From an uncultured Candidatus Binatia bacterium (GTDB lineage: Bacteria; Desulfobacterota; Binatia; Bin18), in assembly GCA_965214605.1 (NCBI GenBank), contig OZ243961.1:3200001-3264000 (forward strand): a stretch of DNA of 64,000 nt, written 5' to 3'. The translations under genes and the position numbers were made by a program. Every line of letters begins with the position of its first letter. The first letter of the stretch is position 1. Shown one piece after another: positions 60,014 to 64,000 of the stretch. The notes below the pieces were generated by a model that was given only the letters and a program-made list of their open reading frames with translations, was not told where the DNA came from and made no database searches.

Positions 60014-60994
60014 ATGCGTGAAATAAGCTATCGGGAGGCCGTCCGCGAAGCGATGGCCGAGGAGATGGAACGCGACGAACGCGTGTTCCTGATGGGCGAA
60101 GAGGTCGGGCATTACAACGGGGCGTACAAAGTCTCTGAGGGTTTGCTAGACCGCTTTGGCGAGCGTCGGGTGGTCGATTCTCCGATTGCCGAGGCTGGCT
60201 TTGCCGGGGTGGGGATCGGGGCGGCGATGGTCGGTCTACGGCCGATCATTGAGTTCATGACCTGGAATTTTTCGCTGTGCGCCTATGACCAGATTGTCAA
60301 CAATGCGGCCAAGCTGCGTTACATGTCCGGGGGGCAGCTATCCCTGCCGATTGTCTTTCGCGGACCGGGCGGGGCTGCCCATCAGCTAGCCGCACAGCAC
60401 TCTCAGGTCGTTGAGAGTCTGTACTCCTACGTTCCCGGTCTAAAAGTCATGGCTCCCTCAACCCCGTCCGACGCTAAGGGCCTGCTCAAGTCGGCCATTC
60501 GGGACAACAATCCCACTATTTTTATTGAGGGCGAGATCCTATACGGCCGTAAAGGCGTGGTTGAGGACAACGACTCCCTGATTCCGATTGGCAAGGCCGA
60601 TATCAAACGCGAAGGCACGGACGTCACGCTCGTGGCCTGGTCAAAGATGGTCTATGTCGCTCTTGAGGCCGCTGGCGAGTTGGCTAAACAAAGCATACAG
60701 GTCGAGGTGATCGACCCCCGCACCATGCGTCCCTTAGACGACGCCATGCTGATACGCTCGGTCAAGAAAACCAACCGCTGTGTGATCGTCGAAGAAGGCT
60801 GGCCGGTGGCCGGCTTTGGAGCTGAAATCTCGCACCGGATCACGCAGGACGCCTTTGACTTCCTAGACGCGCCGGTCGTCCGGGTGACCGGGGAAGACGT
60901 GCCCATGCCCTACGCCAAGAATTTAGAGGAGTTGGTGATTCCGAGTGTCAAGAAGGTCGTTGAGGCGGCGCGAAGCGTCATGTACCGGAAATGA
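60014..60994 (+). CDS. pdhB: Pyruvate dehydrogenase E1 beta subunit
   Basis: GEEVGHYNGAYK, EFMTWNFS, AAQHSQ, DVPMPYA. Confidence 0.95.
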   Translation: MREISYREAVREAMAEEMERDERVFLMGEEVGHYNGAYKVSEGLLDRFGERRVVDSPIAEAGFAGVGIGAAMVGLRPIIEFMTWNFSLCAYDQIVNNAAKLRYMSGGQLSLPIVFRGPGGAAHQLAAQHSQVVESLYSYVPGLKVMAPSTPSDAKGLLKSAIRDNNPTIFIEGEILYGRKGVVEDNDSLIPIGKADIKREGTDVTLVAWSKMVYVALEAAGELAKQSIQVEVIDPRTMRPLDDAMLIRSVKKTNRCVIVEEGWPVAGFGAEISHRITQDAFDFLDAPVVRVTGEDVPMPYAKNLEELVIPSVKKVVEAARSVMYRK

Positions 60995-61031
60995 GGCAGA
61001 ACGCAGGGCCACACCTCTACTTCAAAAGCCT

Positions 61032-61919
61032 GTGTTGTGTCGAGTCGCTGCCCTAATCGTTTTGTTCGGTATCCAGTGCGGGGGAGGAGACCTTGGGGCC
61101 GAAGACCGCACCTCTGTTGAAGCGTGTGCGGACCTCAGTGCAGAAGAGAAAAAATCTTGTCTGCTGGCCGGCTTCACCGTCTTTGACTCTGATGACAGTC
61201 TCCATTTTGCCCATCTGTGTTCTGAGGCGCAGTACCGATACCGGTACGCGTGGTCGGCCTACGCTTTCTTTGAAAAACTCGCCTCCGGCACGAAAAGTTA
61301 CAAGGCGCTGGTCCTGGCCGAAGTCTTGGTCGGTTCACGGTACGGGCAGAGCGGCTTGACGGGCCTAGGGGTTTCTCTGGAGAAAATACGGATTGAGTCT
61401 CTGTCGGAATGGTCAGGAGCGCCTTTTGCGCTGGCCCTGCAAATGACAAATCGGCGTACAGGCGCACTCACGACGGGCAAATTTTCAGAAACCTTTTGGT
61501 CTCTCGACAACAGGAGTCCTGAACTCAGACCGTACCGGATTGCTCCGGATGGATCTATGGATTGGGAGCAATACACAGAGCCGGAGGAGGCAAGCATCTC
61601 TCAGGGGCAAAAGCACTCCGAGTCAATAGATATCTATACAGAAAACATCCCCCATCCTGACGATGATTTCTCTCTAGGAATCGTTTTGCGAAACGCCTCT
61701 TCACAAGAGCGGCTCATGTTGGAGGGGCCGGCTGTCCGCCATATCCCAGCGCTTCTGCGCAGTATCAAGACCCCGGTCAGCCGCAGCCTTGGGCTGCTCC
61801 AGACCCTCAATCCGTTTCAGGAGGGAGGCTTGTGGGACTTTATAAGAAATGCCAGGCGCTATGACGGCTGCATCGCCCTCAGGAAAGAGGCCAAGAGACA
61901 ATTCCGGGCCCGCTTTTAG
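61032..61919 (+). CDS. Hypothetical secreted/lipoprotein
   Basis: Long open frame with hydrophobic N-terminus and Cys; start uncertain; no family recognised. Confidence 0.55.
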   Translation: MLCRVAALIVLFGIQCGGGDLGAEDRTSVEACADLSAEEKKSCLLAGFTVFDSDDSLHFAHLCSEAQYRYRYAWSAYAFFEKLASGTKSYKALVLAEVLVGSRYGQSGLTGLGVSLEKIRIESLSEWSGAPFALALQMTNRRTGALTTGKFSETFWSLDNRSPELRPYRIAPDGSMDWEQYTEPEEASISQGQKHSESIDIYTENIPHPDDDFSLGIVLRNASSQERLMLEGPAVRHIPALLRSIKTPVSRSLGLLQTLNPFQEGGLWDFIRNARRYDGCIALRKEAKRQFRARF

Positions 61920-61992
61920 CAGCCGGTGGGATGATCAGGACCAGCCAGTGCTTAGCGTCCTGGCGGTCGGCGAAAGGAAAAGGGGACGGCGG

Positions 61993-62028
61993 GTGCTCAA
62001 CGCCTTACGGCATCTGATGGATCGTCAC
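61993..62028 (-). CRISPR. Single CRISPR repeat (36 bp, MYXAN-like type I family), no spacers
   Basis: GTGCTCAACGCCTTACGGCATCTGATGGATCGTCAC resembles the GTGCTCAACGCCTTACGGCATC-type repeats; GCC-TTAC-GGC hairpin; sits next to leader and cas2. Confidence 0.8.
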
Positions 62029-62284
62029 CCTCCACGAATAAGAACCTGTTTTTGTTGGGCTTTTTCGCTCTCTATGCAAGGACCCCTTTCCGATGATTGA
62101 TTCTCAGCATAAAAGGCCCCTCTCATTCTTTCGCCTCTCACCCCAATTAACGAATATGTCAGTGTTTTTTCTCCTTTCAGGCCTCCTTCTCTCTCCTAAC
62201 ATCGCTTTGTGGTGGTTATATGTTTGTCTCATCTCAGCGGACCACACATCCTAAAGGAGCATGAATTCAAGATATTTCAAAAAA
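62029..62284 (-). promoter_or_regulatory. CRISPR leader
   Basis: AT-rich non-coding stretch between the cas2 stop and the repeat. Confidence 0.65.
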
Positions 62285-62579
62285 TTACACTACACGAAAC
62301 CGTGGCTTTTCCTCAATCCATTCAACCTTGGTGTGCCGTGCAATGAGTTTTGAGGTACACGAGCTACAAAGTCCTGCAATCATCAAGCCATCTTCGGGTG
62401 CTAGTTTCTTCTCCAACTCCCAACGCATTCGTTCCAGCTATCGCTTGGTCAACCGACAACGGAAGACGGAATTATTGGAGCCCTTCCCCGTATCCCTTGA
62501 GGAGCTTGAAACAACGCCGCCACCGCTTGGGGTCGCGGATATCGTAACAAACCAAATCCCAAAACCGTCCTTCCGCCAT
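62285..62579 (-). pseudogene. cas2: cas2 pseudogene
   Basis: [35 protein letters not shown], then a +1 insertion (TAAT for TAT), SVFRCRLTKR, in-frame TAG, LERMRWELEKKLAPED. Confidence 0.9.
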
Positions 62580-62589
62580 AGACGACCTC

Positions 62590-62925
62590 TCAACGCAGAC
62601 GTATCCGAGCAAACAATCCGGGTTCTCCGGCCCAAACAAACGGGCCTCCAATTCTATCAATCGTGTGTACGATAAAGAATATCCTGTGACCGGATGTTTC
62701 CAGCGATCTTCCTTGCGTCGTTCATGGACCTCGATGGCTTTTTTTCGACCAGAGTCAGTGAGCCAAACTTGCTTGCCTACCTGTGTAAAATCGTCTTCCG
62801 TATCCCACTGAAGACGATTGACCGAAGCAACTAGCGGCATGTCCCACAGCGGCACCCGAAACAGTTCCATCAAATCCAAAACGAGTGGGTGGGCAGCTGA
62901 AGGCGGACGGTGAAACCCCACCGGT
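62590..62925 (-). pseudogene. cas1: 3' fragment of MYXAN-type cas1
   Basis: [17 protein letters not shown]...[22 protein letters not shown]; tail [14 protein letters not shown] in a shifted frame; N-terminal part missing. Confidence 0.88.
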
Positions 62926-63416
62926 TCTGTTGCGCGAGGCCGTGTAATAGCGCATCTGTGCGGTGCGCGTCTGGTCAATCGCCCGGGAGAGCTGATCTAT
63001 GGTGTGGCGATGCTGCTGATAGGTTTTGTGGGAGCCCAAGCCAACTGAAAACTTGATCCGTGGCTGCTCAACATAGCTCGCGCCCTCTGCCGGCGCCAAG
63101 TCCAGATCAGTCTCCCTCTAAAGGCTTGAGCAAATCCCGGCTAAAGACCAGGGCCATCAGCTCTGTTGCCGATAGCGTCAGGGGGAGGACCCGACGATAG
63201 CCGTCCATAAAACGCTAGCGTGTCCGACCGGTGCTGCGCTCTGTGACCAGAGGAATATGAGCGGCCTCAAGGGCTTCGAGGTCGCGCCGAATAGTCCGGG
63301 AGTGGCATGAGAAATCTTCAGGTAAGGACGCCGCCAGCTCTTGTATCGTTGCTCCCCGGGGATTCTTCTCCAATTGCTGTAAGAGGAACCACTGGCGGCT
63401 GGTCGTTACGTGGCAT
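62926..63416 (-). pseudogene. HTH-WYL transcriptional regulator pseudogene (truncated)
   Basis: MPRNDQ, frameshift, RQWFLLQQLE...RTIRRDLEALE, stop, LSATELMAL..., then [20 protein letters not shown] cut at the start of the WYL domain. Confidence 0.8.
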
Positions 63417-63434
63417 CGCTCTTCAAGAGAGATT

Positions 63435-63911
63435 TTACAGCTCGTTTTCCTGAATATCTTCCTGAGCGTCCTCTAGATTACGCCAGGCGCGGACAAAGTT
63501 GGCGTTGAGTCGCACCGCCTCTTCAAATGCGGCCCGGGCTTCGGCTTTGCGGCCTAAGCGCAGGTAGAGCTCGCCGAGTTCGTTGTGGGCGACATCGTCC
63601 GTGGGACATAAGGCGAGCCCTTCCTTGTATTTGGCGATGGCCGTTTCTCCCTCCGTGTCTTTGCGGGCCTCTTCAAACGTGTAGAACGCGGTGTTGCAGT
63701 CTTCGCGTTCCTCTTCGGCCTGCTGGGCCTGTTGTTTGAGCGCCTCGGTCTCGGCTTTGATCTGTTCGGTTTCGGCTTTCAGCCGGGCGATTTCGGCCTG
63801 CTGCTGCTCAATAACGCTGCGGTCGATAATGGTGTCCCACATGCCGTCCCATACGCTGCAGGCGGATAGAAGGAGAGAGAAGACAATAGGGAAAAGGCGG
63901 CGCCAGGCCAT
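63435..63911 (-). CDS. TPR-repeat lipoprotein
   Basis: Lipobox LSAC, coiled-coil, TPR AHNELGELYLRLG. Confidence 0.85.
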   Translation of the reverse strand: MAWRRLFPIVFSLLLSACSVWDGMWDTIIDRSVIEQQQAEIARLKAETEQIKAETEALKQQAQQAEEEREDCNTAFYTFEEARKDTEGETAIAKYKEGLALCPTDDVAHNELGELYLRLGRKAEARAAFEEAVRLNANFVRAWRNLEDAQEDIQENEL

Positions 63912-64000
63912 TTAGAAATTGTCCTTGAGGTAGCGCGTACGCTCAAGCACGGTCACGTTGTCGAGCTGGAGGTTGGGAAACTGCTTTTTGATGGTGGCCC
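63912..64000 (-). CDS. 3' end of an unidentified CDS (partial)
   Basis: ...ATIKKQFPNLQLDNVTVLERTRYLKDNF*, stop abuts the next ATG. Confidence 0.55.
   Translation of the reverse strand, partial: ATIKKQFPNLQLDNVTVLERTRYLKDNF

Noticed and set aside
61948-61966. Second degenerate CRISPR repeat GTGCTTAGCGTCCTGGCGG
   Set aside because: Partial similarity only, and 45 bp from the real repeat, too close for a repeat plus spacer.

Overview
GC-rich bacterial chromosome segment; gene content (F420/LLM oxidoreductases, amidohydrolases, argBDFGH-dapFAB, minCDE, pdhAB) suggests a Deltaproteobacteria-like (e.g. Binatota-type) organism, but the taxonomy is only inferred. Core genes are arginine/lysine biosynthesis, purM, rarA-nadK-recN, pdhAB and minCDE. 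Accessory features: (i) an ergothioneine-type operon egtC-egtB-egtD with an ATP-grasp ligase where egtA normally sits, followed by an asparaginase-like gene and an MFS transporter; (ii) three dispersed copies of a ~130-250 bp structured non-coding element that resembles an IS110 left end (bridge-RNA region) with no transposase in the window; (iii) a decayed surface-glycosylation island (41.1-46.7 kb) with C23 and G11 homopolymer tracts; (iv) a collapsed MYXAN-like type I CRISPR-Cas locus made of one repeat, a leader, a cas2 pseudogene and a cas1 3' stub joined to a WYL-regulator pseudogene; (v) a solitary DUF262/GmrSD-like gene; (vi) a GAF sigma-54 activator and an MMPL-cNMP fusion between nadK and recN. 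No rRNA or tRNA was recognised. All calls come from reading motifs by eye; no searches were run.
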